Shown: positions 49,359 through 60,925 of the stretch, piece by piece
How positions within the stretch are numbered: the first letter of the stretch is position 1
Layout of the letters: the number at the start of each line of letters is the position of its first letter
NCBI RefSeq assembly: GCF_048593235.1
Contig: NC_133621.1
Span: 9,092,525-9,156,524, forward strand
Length of the DNA: 64,000 nt
From: Sminthopsis crassicaudata
Taxonomy: Eukaryota
Direction of reading: 5' to 3'
The notes under the pieces: model-generated
Databases searched by the model: none
Told to the model about the DNA's origin: nothing
Seen by the model: the letters and a program-made list of their open reading frames with translations, nothing else
Position numbers and translations under genes: made by a program

Positions 49359-50989
49359 AAAATCCATGCCAGAAAATATGGGAAATATATTAATTAAATC
49401 CACCTATCAGTAATGGTACAGAAGTCCATTTGGGGCTTTGATAAATCTCTTCTCTCATCATAAGTTTTCAAGCTCAGAGGGACCTTTGAGATCATGTTGT
49501 CCTTTTTGGTCTAGTTCTAGCCTAGTTTTTCAGACTTATGACCCATAACTCCCCTTCATAAGTTGTTTTGATCCAATGAAACAAGCCTTCCTACTGTTTT
49601 CTATATTCATTACATTTTCCTTCTTTGTATATGCATGTGCAAAAGCCCATGACTTGTATTCAGTTACTTCTTATCTCGATCTCTCAGAACCACTAATTTT
49701 CTTAGAAAATCCACTTGGGCACTATATGTCTCCCTTCTCCTCTTAAAATGTTCATCCCCTACCAAGATCTTTGACTTGAGAACATCAAATATGGGTTTTT
49801 TTTGGTTTATAATTTATATTCACTAGCATGTATATATGTTTCTTCTGATAAAAATCATCTCCTTGGGGCAAAGATGGCTTTATTTTGGTCTTTGTTTTAC
49901 CAATACCTAGCAAAATAGTAGAATGTAGTAGGTTCAAAATAAATGCTTTTGGATTCATTGATTAAAAGTCCAATATTCTCATTTTTCTAGATGAAAATTG
50001 GCATTTCAAAGAGTTTTAATGACTTTTCCAATGCCACAAAAACCATAACATCATATCTAGGGATGGAAAAACATTCGAGTAATGTAGTGCAACCATCTAA
50101 TTTTACTGATGTGCAAACTGAGGCTCAAAAAGGTCAAGTAATATGTACAAGCTCACATAATTAATAAAGGGAAGACCTAAGATTTAAAACCAAAATTTTA
50201 AAGAATGAAGTATCCACCCATATCTATATTTGTATGTCTGTATATATGCATATGAGTACATATAATCTACCTGAAAAGAAGTAGCATGGAAAACTGGAAG
50301 GTGTTCAAGATTTGGAACCAAAGGACACAGGTTTAAATTCTTAAATTTTTCCAAGTACTAGCCAAATGCCGGTGAGCAAGACACCCAACCTGTTTTGACT
50401 TCAGTTTCCTCATCTGTAAATGAGAGGGTAGGACTCAGATGGCTTCTGAGGTTCCTTTCTCCTCAAACTCTCTGAGTCTAAGATTCTATGATCATCGAAA
50501 CAAATAAACAAATTACCAGCAGCACTACCAATAATAATTATTTCACTTGATATGCTTTAATTTCTTCCTTTAAAAATATTCCAAGCTATAAAAGTGCCTA
50601 CATAATCTGGAGATGTGTTCTAAGCCCCAATTTGAAAAATAAAATAAAATGAAATGTGCAAGATGGATGGAACAGAAGGGATAAGTTGGGCTGAAGGGCT
50701 GAGCAGTAGTTTAGTCTGAATAAGGGGCTGTGTGTGTTTGTAACTCTGTGTGTGGGCATATGTGTGTGAGAGAGCTCATGCGTACATGTGTGTTTCCTTA
50801 TTTTTTTTCCTTTCTCTGTGCACATGTCAGCATTTCAGTTTATCAGGGGAATGCATGCATAACATTTTTAAGGAAGCATCTGCGGAGGCCTGAAGAAATT
50901 CCCTTCTCTTTGCCCCAGTTTCTACATCTCTCACAAAGTAGTCTTTGAAGCCCTTCCCCACCCCCCCAATGCCCCGCCTCTCCACCAGA

Positions 50990-51631
50990 GCTTTAGGATA
51001 TGCAAGTCAAATATTGGGTTGAAAATCTGAAGCGCTTGCATTTGGTTTTCACCGAATGGCTAAGGCCCGAGATGCTGCCTAATAAAACCAGATAAACCCT
51101 AGAGATGATTTCTAGTCCAAATTCTGAGTGCTTTGCCGTGATTTGCTAATCAAATTCAGAATCTGATTTGAAGGGCCGCGGGCAGTCCGCCAATCCAGTC
51201 ATGAAAAACCAGAAGCACAAGGCCTCACGTGAGGAACCCCCACTTCCAGACCCAGTGAGCCGCTCTCATCTTTCGAATCAGAAAAGCTTGTGAATGAATG
51301 TCCCTCCAGTAGGATACTATCATTATTTTTTTAATTAACATCTTTGACTCTCCGAGATAGAAACCATGAGCTTTTCTGAAGCGAGAGTTATAAAATATTC
51401 TGACATGTTTTAATATAAACAGGAATGTTTGCCGTGATTGCCGGGATCGAGAATGTTTTTCCACTTGACATGTGTTTATACTTCCTAGGAAAGAAACTCT
51501 ATTTATGGATAGCTGAATAGCACAAATAAACATCAGAGAGAGCTGAAAAATCAGTTTTGATTATGCATGAAAATCTACCATGTCATTGTGTACTCCTCGG
51601 CCCTCTTCTGATTGCCTGTTTATTTTTACAG
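50990..51631. promoter_or_regulatory. CpG-retaining non-repeat block at the end of the last intron; candidate enhancer or promoter-like element
   Basis: About 16 CpGs here and about 30 over 51000-52310 by hand count, in a CpG-depleted window. Contains palindrome CCTCACGTGAGG (51223-51234), CCAAT (51190), TTTGCCGTGATT twice, and CTAATAAAA. Confidence 0.55.
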
Positions 51632-51671
51632 ACCTGCTGGCGAGCCCATGGATGAAGATCCAGCCCTGTGA
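51632..51671 (+). CDS. HDAC9: HDAC9 last exon, coding part: (R)PAGEPMDEDPAL*
   Basis: Acceptor ctgattgcctgtttatttttacag|A. Phase-2 entry completes AGA; TGA at 51669-51671. Matches the recalled human HDAC9 terminus AGEPMEEEPAL. Confidence 0.95.
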
Positions 51672-54300
51672 AGTGCCAAGTTCCCCCTCCCTGGTATTTC
51701 CTGTGTGTGACATCATTGTGTATCTCCCCACCCCCAACCCCCAACCAAGCACCCTCAGACATGTCTTGTCTGCTGCCTGGGTGGCACACATCGAATGGAA
51801 TATAAACACTGGGCACAGAGCACACACAGCAACTTCACTTGTCCCCTGGCCGGACTTGAAAGGGCCCGAAAGATTCCTCCAGTGTAACCACTCTGACTCT
51901 AAAGTTACAGGCGACGGTCCTGAGAGGGATGGCTGGCCTCCAACATGTGGGCTCTAAATGTGCTGGGCAACCCGGGGCAGAGGAGAAAAGGGCCTGGGCT
52001 AGCCCACGGACTTGGCACTCTCCACATTATAGAGACGGGGATAGCCCTAACGGCATTCTTTCAGACATGCTGAATTGGTTTCGATGGGCTAATTTTTTTC
52101 ACATGGTTTTAAATTGTGTACAGGATTTGTTTTCAACTCTGAGCAAACAAGATAACATATTGTACCTTTGTTTTTACACCCTCGCAAATTCTAGCAAGTG
52201 AGAGGTCAAAATTTTAGAGAAATGGGGTGAGGGCATTTTTAGTCTGAAAGCCAAGTGCTTCCTCCTTCAAAATCTAGATCCCCAAGGCGGTGGCGTTGTG
52301 GTAGGGCGCAATTTGGGATTTTCTTTTTTGATTATGTATGAAAAAGAAAATGTTTTTGGAAAATGGAATCTCTGTTTCACTCATATCCCACTCGAGGTTC
52401 TCACAGATGGCAGGGCTCTGGTTTCTTTGGTGGCTGGAAGCTTCTTCCCATTTCTTAAGAATCCCTCATTCTTCCAATGACAATCCTTTGGAGTCTCTGG
52501 TCCACAGGGACTCCCATTTCCTTTGAAAAGAATAATTTTTCTAAGATGCCCATACTTTGCTCCACAAGTTTTGCTGAGCCCACATATTTCTAGCTGGCTG
52601 AGTTTTCCCCATACGAGCACCTTTGTGGCTCAGATGTTTCTTAAATTACGTTTCTACTTTAAGATAATTATGGGGCTTGATTATTGTATTGTTGTCTCAT
52701 ATTAAAGTCCATAGGTTGAGCATTATTTATGAAACTTGGGAGGATTTAGATGAGAGATTAGTTTTTTTTTTAATCATTGAAATGTGTCATTATTTACAAA
52801 ATAGCATCAGCTACTTGATTTCATATTGGTTAGTATTAACTGAGGGCTGTGCCTTTAACCAGTAGTGGACCCTTGACCTTTCCACATGTTGCCTTATGGT
52901 CAGAAGATTTAAAAAAAAATTGGAAATTCATTTTCTGAGTTCAAAATCAACTCATATTGTGACACAGAGGGTAAGTTTTCTTTTTCAGTATTCTATTTTC
53001 ATGGGCAGCTCTATCACCTAAAACATCTGAAAAGAAATATTACCATCCAGGATTCTTCTTGCTGTATTTAATACCGAGCATTGCTTTGGAAACCTATTGG
53101 TATTCTTTTTGTTAAATATATATTTTCCTAACTCAAAGGATATATTAAAGCAATAAGTGAAGATTGTCATGCTTTTATTCAGAAATCGAAAAGGAACCTT
53201 AATTTAAACAAGGTTTGAGGGAAGGCCATGCTCTGAAAGATATGCAGCAATGTGGTTTGAGTTAGAGAGGGCTCAAACCTGTAAATCAAAGATGAAAGGT
53301 TTCACTCAAGGAGAATTATATAACTCTCTTTTGTTATAGTCAGACTCTATTTTTCATGTGTTGGTGTGGGGTTTTTTTAGGATTACTATTTTAATTTTAA
53401 AGACTTTTATTACATATACAAAAACTGCCGGATACTTGGTTTAACATCTTAGAAATCCGAGCCATCCTTTGAAATGGGGTAATCTGAAAGGGAATGCAGC
53501 TCTGCATTAGGGAAAAATGGATTTATATTTTTGGGAAGGGGAAGGTTAATATGGATTCATCACGTTGATTACATTTTTGTAAATTTCCTCCCAAGTTTTC
53601 ACGGAAAACTCATGACACCCTTCTTGCTCATCAGTTGCAGTTAATTCCCAGTTATCACTTCAAGAAATGCATTTTTAAGAGACTTGGGCAGCTAGGCCTG
53701 TGGCTTGAAAAGATCATTTTCCTGTCACATTGTTTAACAATTTTACATCATGTTTTAATTGGAAACATAATTGTATTTCTTTAAAATTAACTTGAAACTG
53801 CAAAATTCTATGATCTATCTTCTGTCCCTACCAGACCTTGTATTTTTTCATGAGAATGAAGAAAAAAAGAAGTTTTGACAACCTCCTGTAAATTAACTGG
53901 TTTGCGGATTGATGGTCCATTATTGCAGGTTGGCAAATCCAAGCCTCGGCCGTCCAAATCATGGTGCATTCAAAAATGAATCATCCGTTGGCCTTGAGAG
54001 GAGGCATTCACTGGCCCAGAGTTGGGGTCTGTGCGATTCAGGGACAAGCAGAGAGATTCTGTAGAAGACTGATCATGGCTGAATGTATTTCTGAGCCCAG
54101 AGCATCACTGTATTGTATACCATTATACCATTAAAAGAATGGCTGCCTTGAGGGATAGGATAGAGGTTTTGGGAGAATATCAACACTTCTGAAACCCACC
54201 AGAAATGGTGGAAAGTCACTTTCACTTGCTAGTGTGTACTTCACACAATCATATCATCATTGTTATTATTATTACTAGTTTCCCAAAGGAGGCTATTCTA

Positions 54301-54448
54301 TATATTTTTTTCCTTTTTTTTTTTTTTTTCCTGAGGCTGGGATTAAGTGACTTGCCCAGGATTTGTTAAGGGTCTGAGACCAGATTTGAACTCGGTTCCT
54401 CCTGAATTCAAGACTAGTGCTCTATCCACTGCACCACTTAGCTGCCCC
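54301..54448 (-). mobile_element. WSINE1-like SINE in the probable 3' UTR, with perfect 18-bp TSD
   Basis: TSD ccaaaggaggctattcta at 54283-54300 and 54449-54466; long poly-T. Confidence 0.95.
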
Positions 54449-57400
54449 CCAAAGGAGGCTATTCTAACTCCTCTCTCTCTGAGTAAATTTCTCCCCTCTT
54501 GGTTTGTCAATAATCAGCCTAATTCTGATGGACTCTGTTCAACACATGAAGTAAAATGTCTGCACACACACAGCCATGTACACATACATATTGTAACATA
54601 CTCACCCTGGGAGTGAAGCTTTAGAAATCATCAGAAATTAATAAACTGATAAACCACTTAATTTTTTAACTTAAAAAAAAACTCTACAGTGCTCAGATCT
54701 TCTATTGTCAAATATAAAAAAAAACAATTTTCCAAATATGCCAGGCCTTTTTAATGTGAAAATCGCATTGAAGGGCATAGTACCGAGAAATGTACTTGAT
54801 GTGAAAATTGTAAATGTTTTGTGATTGTTGTTGTTATTGTTGTTGTTCACAATGAAGCTTATGTATATGTGTGTGTAAATTTTAAATGATATGGTTCAAT
54901 CAAAGAAGAGATATTTAATGGATTTGAAGCAAATAATAGAACAGAATGAGATCGTATGCTAAGCCATAGGCCAAGAGAATATAGATTTGAAGCTAAAGGG
55001 AATCTTAGAGGCTATGTTGTCTAATACTCCTTCCATCTTTTTAGAGCAAGAAACTGAGGCCCAGAGATCAAGGAGTATGCACAAGGTCTTACAGGTAAGA
55101 AGATGCAGAGCCAGGATTCCAAAGTAGGGCTCCTAAGACCAATGGAGTTGAACATCTACCACCCAGCAGATTTTTGTAAAGACTTTCCGGTCCCACATCT
55201 ATAATGATCAGGAGCTAGACTCAAGCTCTCATTTTTCTCACTATTTCACACATGCCCTTGTTCACATCTCTGTCATATCTAGGACATGATGACCTTTGGA
55301 TTTTACCTTCATATCATCCAGAACACAGGAACTAGATGGAACCGAAAAAATTCTTGCTAACTTACTTGCTGAATCAATAAATGAATGGACTTGAAATGAG
55401 GATGCCTTCTAACACTAAATGCTCAGGAAGATGGAAGATGGGCTCTTCTGGGTCCTTCTAACCACTTCTCTAAGAGCATAGCAAAGCTTTCTTTCCTAAA
55501 GTCAATCATAAAGATTGATCAAATTAACTTATCTCTTTACAGAATCTATATGGAAATAAAAGCAAAAATGCCCACAATAAAAACCTGGGTCAGAATTTCT
55601 CTTAAATGGTCTTCTCGGACCTGTTGTTCTAGCATTACTACTTGGGAAATTTTCTTAATCATTATGAATTTCTTATTAATTTCCCTTTGAAGTTTTCATG
55701 TGGTTGTCATTATTTGAACAATGTTAGATTTCTAATAACCTAAAATACGATAACCCAAAAGGTTACTAACTGGAAGAGGATTCTCTCCAAGTTCGGAAAC
55801 CAGCCATTCTTCCATAGAAAGCTTTATCCCAGAAAGCAGCATCTCTTTTTGCATTCCTCTGCTGCCTAAAGAATGAAATCATTTGGCCCTGCAGAGAATG
55901 TGGGTGAAAAAGAGGGGAAAGCGAGGGGAGGAACACACCTGTTGAGCAGTTTTCATAAAGAAGGCATTTTCATATCCCAAAGAAATGGAAACCAGATGAG
56001 TTGTCCTGCCTATTTGAGAAATGAAGGGCTCTCATCGTTGTCATCATTATCATTAGTGTCATCATCATCAGTTGGCTATAGAGCTCCCCTATGGGATGAT
56101 GAGCCCTGATGAGGATTCATTCTTGTTTCCATCATGCTTTCTGAAGAATGGCACTGTCCCTATCATTGTCTTCACCTTCCTAGAATACAATACAACAAAT
56201 TGATAGAGTGCCGGACCTCTGCTAGATACAAGGGATTCAAAGATAAAAAAAGAAATTGCCCTCCTGTCCTCAAGGAGCTTATTTATTTTTCATTCATCAT
56301 AATTGCTCATCAAGCTGAAATGAATGAAAAAATACTGAAAAGTAGTTTCCACCAGACAACAGTTTACAATTTCAGACATAAAGGGCACTGTTAGCCCTTG
56401 GCTAGAGATAGTCAAGAGAGGGAGCCCGGGATGGGTGCTGAAATTTTATTGAGATAGAGAGGTCTAACACGAAGCATCCCTTGATTCTCTCTACCAGTGG
56501 AGGAAAGCACATCTTGGGCGATTTATTCTCTTAAAAGAGTTGTCCAGTGTCCTGAGTTGTTGGACTTATTCTGAGGCCCATTTGTTAATATCTAATGGTA
56601 TAAAAACTATTAGGCTACAAAGTACAGAAGGAAATACTTAAATTCATCCTTCTAAGAGCTGAAAATTTATGGTGTGCATACTATACTAAGAGATGCCTAT
56701 GTACCTAACAAAGCACAAATTTGAAATATTAATGAATATACAAATGAGACTACAGATGGATATATAGAATAAATAAATATGTGTAAATATACATNNNNNN
56801 NNNNNNNNNNNNNNNNNNNNNNNNNNNNNNNNNNNNNNNNNNNNNNNNNNNNNNNNNNNNNNNNNNNNNNNNNNNNNNNNNNNNNNNNNNNNNNNNNNNN
56901 NNNNNNNNNNNNNNNNNNNNNNNNNNNNNNGGAATGACATAGTGATTATAAAGCAGTCTCTAAGCTAGAAGATTTGGATTTAAGTTACTTCTTTAACACC
57001 AATGGTTGTATAGCCCTAAATAAATAATCTAGCATTTTAGTGCTTTGGGCAGTTCTCTAAGACTATTAGTCCTGGAAAGAGTGACAACTTTATTTAATAA
57101 AGTGATTTTACTTCTCTGTGAATACCTTATAGGCTAAATCACAGAAACTATCTTCTATCTAATCAAAGGGCAAAATGATTCTTATTACTCTCATAATAAT
57201 ATAGTTCCTGGCACATAGTAGCACTTAATAAATGTTTATTGACAAATTGCCATGATTTAAAGTTCTACACAGGGTTTTGTCAACCTGTAACTCAATGGGA
57301 TTTCTGGAATTTCTGGCTCAGTGACCCAATTAAAGTGTCTTTTCTCTTTTGCTGTTTACTCTGTTTCTGTGATGAAACCAATTTGTTATCCTTGGCATAT

Positions 57401-57793
57401 AATTGGATTGGGCCTTGGTTGGCTTACCTAGCTCTAGTAATGACCTGTCCTTTACAGCTGCTGAGAAAAATATGCATTACTAAATCTTTTCTGAAGATCC
57501 TGCAGTCATGAGCTTGTCTCACATTTGCAGAACTGGTCTGGAATCAAGGATTGATATGTACACTATCAGATTTATACTGCTAAACACACTTCTAGCTTGT
57601 TCTTGTTTGTGATACCTTTTTTTATCTGTAGGCATCCACTGGAAAATCCACTGGTGTGATCCCAAACATTACTGATAATTGATACTTAGTCTGTAGAATA
57701 TTGTCAAATTTATCCACTGCATAGGTTATTTTTAAAAATTCTTTTTGTCCTGTATTTTGTATCATCCTTTAACTCCACTGTTGTCCTGGTATG

Positions 57794-57799
57794 AATAAA
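57794..57799 (+). terminator. Candidate distal polyadenylation signal AATAAA
   Basis: tgAATAAAagcaatttgaaatg, with upstream TGTA elements at 57751 and 57758 in U-rich context and U-rich sequence downstream. Confidence 0.6.
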
Positions 57800-57834
57800 A
57801 GCAATTTGAAATGAAGCTTCTATTCTGCTCCATT

Positions 57835-58320
57835 TATTTATTTTATTTTATTCTGAACTTAAGAAATAAGACAAGCATTTTCATAACAATGTAGAATAGA
57901 AAATAATAATTGCATGTGAAACTGCAAGTCTATTTTATGCAATTTGCTATTTCTTTTAATAATAAAGTGATCATGTAACTTTCTTTTTTCCCTTCATTTT
58001 CTTCCTTCCCCTCTTACTCTAATGATGGCTACCATTAGACATAAATATGTGTATGTATGCATGTGCATATATATACAAAATATATATAGATATGTAAAAT
58101 CATTATATACATCTATTTATCAGTTCTTTCTCTGGATCATGGTAGCATCTTTCTTCATAGGTCCTTAAAAGTTAATTTGGGTATTTATAATAGTTAAAAT
58201 GACTTAATCATTCAAAGTTATTATTATAACAATATTACTATTACTATATATGACATTCTCTTGCTTCTGCTCATTATTTTAAGATCATCAATCTCATCAT
58301 TTCTTATAGTTCTGCACTAC
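57835..58320 (-). mobile_element. L1 3' fragment immediately downstream of the distal PAS
   Basis: T-rich tail, then ttctgaacttaag...gaaactgc and gttctttctctgga...ggtagcatc L1 3' UTR motifs. Confidence 0.7.
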
Positions 58321-58666
58321 AACAATCAACTGAGGAATGGTTAAACAAGTTCTGTTTATATGTATACTAACTGATTAATATATCTTAAAGAAATTGAAAG
58401 AACTCATGATTCTAGGATGATTTTTGTTGTACACAGAAACAAGAACCCGTCTTAGGACAGATAAGTGGCACAGTGGATAGAGTACTTGGTCTTGAAGGTC
58501 TGAATTCAAATGACCAGCTATGTGACCCTGGGCCAGTCATTTAACATTTATTTGTCTCAGTTTCCTTAATTGCAAAATAGGAATAATAATAGCAATACTC
58601 TCTAAGAGCTATTATGTGAGAATTAAATATTATTTGCAATAAATATTATTAAGAATGCTTTGCATA

Positions 58667-58813
58667 GGGGAGAAGGAGGGGAAAAATTAGAACAAAAGGT
58701 TTGGCAATTGTCAATGTTGTAAAATTACCCATGCATATATATAGTAAATAAAAACTATTAAATAAAAAAGTATCAGTAAAAAAAAGAAAATAAAGGAAAA
58801 GTCAGCTAAAAGA
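58667..58813 (+). mobile_element. Very short L1 3' end with perfect 16-bp TSD, inserted in a MIR-type SINE tail
   Basis: TSD aagaatgctttgcata at 58651-58666 and 58814-58829; TT/AAGA site. Confidence 0.9.
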
Positions 58814-60507
58814 AAGAATGCTTTGCATATAGATGTTTTATAAGTGCAATTCATTTTAAAAAAATTATCTTTGTTAATACATAAAACTATAAAGGATCTG
58901 TACATTTTTGTCAGTGTGAGAAATTCCTCCATTTTACCTCATGCCATCAACATAATTCCCAATTTAATGATGGCTTAATAGATAAATTCTGGGTAATGAC
59001 CTAAAGAGAAGCTGGATCCTGTCAGGGGTACCCAAGATACATTCTGGTGCTTACAAACTGTGTCTCCCTGGGCAATTCCCTAGGATGACTTTGTATACAG
59101 CAATCTGCTCCTAGAAGCACAAATATTCCCTAGTAGGACTGTTTGTGAATTTTAGGTCGTCACCCAGATGGAGTTTTCAGCTTGGAAATTCAAAATATGT
59201 GTTAGACTGAGTCAAGTGAAGCCAAAAAACATTTACTGTGTCAGATGCTATGTAAAGGGATGGGAATACAAAGGTAGACTTTTTTAAAAAATCCTACTCA
59301 GAAACTTCCAACACTTGACAAGTCTGATTAAGAAAAACTGTTTAGACTTGCTGCTGACTTTTGGCCCTCTCATATTTCCAATTCATTTTGAGTTAGACAA
59401 TATTACTGTCTTCTATGCATAATCAAATCCATTGTTCATTGGAAGAGATTTCTAAACTATATGGAAAATAATGTGTGAGTCTTAATGTCTATTTCCAATT
59501 CATCTCAGCTCTGTGGAATAGAGTGAAGGCAAATTAAAGAAGAGAAGAATATAGCAATCCAAAGTAAAGAGGCAGCCATTAGAGAAGGCAGGGGATAACC
59601 ATTGGCATATATAAATGTTCCCTTGATAACCTCATAGACTCGCAAGTTGTAGTCTGTTGAGTAAGCCTGTGTTGAGTAAGCCCATCCTTATCCCCCCACA
59701 GGGGATTGAAGTCATCTGGCCTGACATACTTTAACAAGAAATCTCTCGACAATGTATCAAACAATTGGAAATCCAATTTTTGCTTGAAGTTATTTTGGTA
59801 GGAGAGAGAGATTTACAGCTACATTGTTTGTACCATTTCTGAATCACATGTCCAGGGCAAAAAGGAGCTCTTATGGTTGGAAGGGATCAGAGGAACTGAG
59901 GACCAATAATTCTTTTCTCCTATGGGAGCAGGGGCTATGAGGAGCAGTAACATATTGATCACAAGGAAGAAGAAGGAGCACTGTTACTTTTGTCACAAAA
60001 AAATAAGGGATCATGAGGAGCAGCAAACCTTGCTATTTAAAGGGATGAGAGGCCCTTCCTTGGAAAGGACCAGTACACAATCTAGAAGAACTGTATTCAT
60101 GTCTCTTCCCAGAACACACTACCTTGGAAGTAGTGAAAAGTTGTTTTACAACAGCAATGTGTAAAATACTGAAGTGACTCGCCCTCAGGTAAAAAGAATC
60201 CAACTTTTAACCTATAGTTCAAAGTCAAGAAATAGGCAGGAAAAATGAGCTACCTTGCTCCGCCCTCCCCCCCCCAAAAAAAAAAAAAACATTTTTGGAG
60301 ATAAAAGACTACTATTGTGAGTGAAAAGATCAAAACACAAATTCAGAAGACAACCATATCAGAAAAAAAAAGCTACAAGGAAAGTTTCAAAATAAATCTG
60401 AATTGGACATAAGCATAACAAGAATTTTTAGAAGAGCTAAAACCTATTTTTAAACAATCAAATAAGGGTAATAGAGGGGGAAAATGAGGGAAAAAAATGA
60501 ACATTTT

Positions 60508-60671
60508 GGGGTAGCTAGGTGGTGAAGTGGATAAAGCATTAGCCCTGAAGTCAGGAGGATCTAAGTTCTAACCTGACCTCAGGCACTTAACCCTTCCTAA
60601 CTGTTTGTTTGATTCTGGACAAGTCACTTAACTCCAATTGCCTCAGCAAATAACTAAAAAATAAATAAAAT
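60508..60671 (+). mobile_element. WSINE1-like SINE nested in L1 ORF1
   Basis: ggggtagctaggtggtgaagtggataaagc head, A-rich tail, TSD approximately aaaatga(a/g)ca. Confidence 0.85.
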
Positions 60672-60715
60672 AAAATGAGCAATGAAAGAAATTTTTGAAA
60701 AGATAATTCTTTGTT

Positions 60716-60925
60716 TTTAATGAAGATCAATGACATTATTTGAATGATATCTTGACTTAGTCATGAGTTGAGTTTAAGCGAAACAAAGTTGAAAATATTC
60801 ATGAGTTTCACTCTCTTCCAGATGTATTGACATTCAATAACAAGACAAAATCAGACTGAGTAACAATCGTCTAAGATTCAGTGGTTGATCTTGACATCTT
60901 TGATGTCTTTCAAAGTTCTAAGATT
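60716..60925. mobile_element. WALLSI/RTE-SINE-like element; related fragment at about 10490-10600
   Basis: gaagatcaatgacatt...gatatcttgac...tttaagcgaaacaaagttg...ctcttccaga resembles recalled marsupial WALLSI consensus. Confidence 0.55.

Larger units (their letters stand above)
51672..57820 (+). other. HDAC9: Probable long (~6.1 kb) HDAC9 3' UTR
   Basis: Follows the stop codon. Mostly non-repeat over 51672-54280 and 57240-57820. Ends at an AATAAA in a strong polyadenylation context. The end point is inferred, with no transcript data. Confidence 0.6.

Noticed and set aside
51673-51679. GTGCCAA miR-96-family seed match
   Set aside because: It lies 2 nt after the stop codon, inside the ribosome shadow where sites are usually ineffective.
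51580-51957. 125-aa ORF as an independent gene
   Set aside because: It starts inside the HDAC9 intron and polypyrimidine tract and has no family resemblance; it is only meaningful as an alternative frame of the last exon.
52284-52297. CTCF-like motif caaggcggtggcgt
   Set aside because: Only about 10 of 14 positions match by eye; not supportable without a PWM scan or ChIP data.
57428-57460. 33-nt minus-strand exon-like segment (AVKDRSLLEL) with plausible splice sites
   Set aside because: No partner exons found; the region is better explained as distal 3' UTR.
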